Part shown: positions 63,069 through 64,000 of the stretch, one piece after another
Position numbering within the stretch: the stretch's first letter is position 1
Layout: every line of letters starts with the position of its first letter
Assembly: GCA_964016885.1 (NCBI GenBank)
Contig: OZ024754.1
Coordinates: 868,001 to 932,000, forward strand
Source: Eledone cirrhosa
Taxonomy: Eukaryota
DNA length: 64,000 bases
Reading direction: 5' to 3'
The notes under the pieces: generated by a model
What the model was told of the DNA's origin: nothing
Seen by the model: the letters and a program-made list of their open reading frames with translations, nothing else
Databases searched by the model: none
Translations under genes and position numbers: made by a program

Positions 63069-64000
63069 AATATATAAACAACTATCCGATTATCAAACCA
63101 ACCAACCAACCGGAAATTTATAATAAATTGAAGTGAAAACCAACAGGTGCGTGTGTTTTATTGGCAAAATATAACAATATAACAATATATATATATATAT
63201 GTGTGGTAATAATAATAAATTTGAAGACTAAAATCCAAAGAGGGCTCAATAAGGATAAATATATATCAAATATATAAGAACTGTAGAGCAAATATTTATT
63301 AAAATAACAGATTAAAGTTTAAGCAAAGAATAGGGAGAGAGAGTCGGTTTCTAACATAGACACAAGACTCTCTCATTGGAATTTACACATCAACTAGGTA
63401 GATATGTATGCATGTGTAGATATGGATGTTATTGTATGTGTGGATATGTGGATGAAAGGCAAAGTCAACCTCGGCGGGATTTGAACTCAGATCGTAAAGG
63501 GACGTAACTATGCTGGAAAGCATGGCGTCCGACCCTCTGCCAATCCACCGCCCTTCTAATAATGATACTAATGGTTTCTTATATAGACACAAGGCCAGCA
63601 ATTTGGGGGGAGGGGAAAGTCGATTAAATCGAACCCAGTGCATTACTGGTGCTGTATTTGATCGACCCCTGTATTTGATTTAAGGATGAAAGGCAAAGCT
63701 AACCTCGGCAGGATTTGAACTCAAAACACAATGGGTCGTAACTCTATGCTACAAAGCAGGGTGTCCGGCGCTCTACCGATACTTCCAATCCACTGCCTTA
63801 ATGATAATTAAAATAATAATTGTTTCTACTTTTGGCACAAGGCCAGCAATTACCCAGTACATTACTTGTACTTTATTTTATCGACCCCGTAAGGATGAAA
63901 GGCAAAGTTAACCTCGACGGGATTTGAACTCAGAATGAAAATAATTAGGTTTACGGAAACTATGTGGTTTTCTGTTAGATGGAGTGTACCAACCTTGGTA

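Overview
AT-rich, intron-containing eukaryotic DNA, very probably from an octopod cephalopod (inferred from the tRNA-derived SINE family, the RTE LINEs with (GAT)n tails and the dense (TA)n/(CAT)n microsatellites). I assembled four host genes by hand. (1) The 3' five exons of POP1, the RNase P/MRP subunit (+, 272-5005). (2) A single-exon 137-aa single-pass membrane protein resembling KCNE/MinK (+, 19041-19454). (3) SIRT4 (-, three exons, 39700-30927, 313 aa). (4) PHB2 (+, eight exons, 44880-57237, 296 aa), head-to-head with SIRT4, whose intron 6 is a minor-spliceosome AT-AC intron. Most of the remaining sequence is decayed transposons: RTE LINEs with a PHD-like finger inside ORF2, an internally deleted Gypsy element, mariner fragments, piggyBac-like and Tc1-like MITEs, a Helitron-like element, Penelope-like fragments, SINEs and minisatellites. 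The main hidden signal is a dense set of type I hammerhead ribozyme motifs: about 12 with an intact core and about 4 degenerate, from several unrelated sequence families. One lies downstream of a Penelope GIY-YIG ORF. The others sit in short non-coding cassettes embedded in (TA)n tracts, including a four-copy family with stem covariation between SIRT4 and PHB2, and sense-oriented copies in introns of PHB2 and SIRT4. All calls come from manual reading. No database search or folding program was run, and repeat boundaries are approximate.
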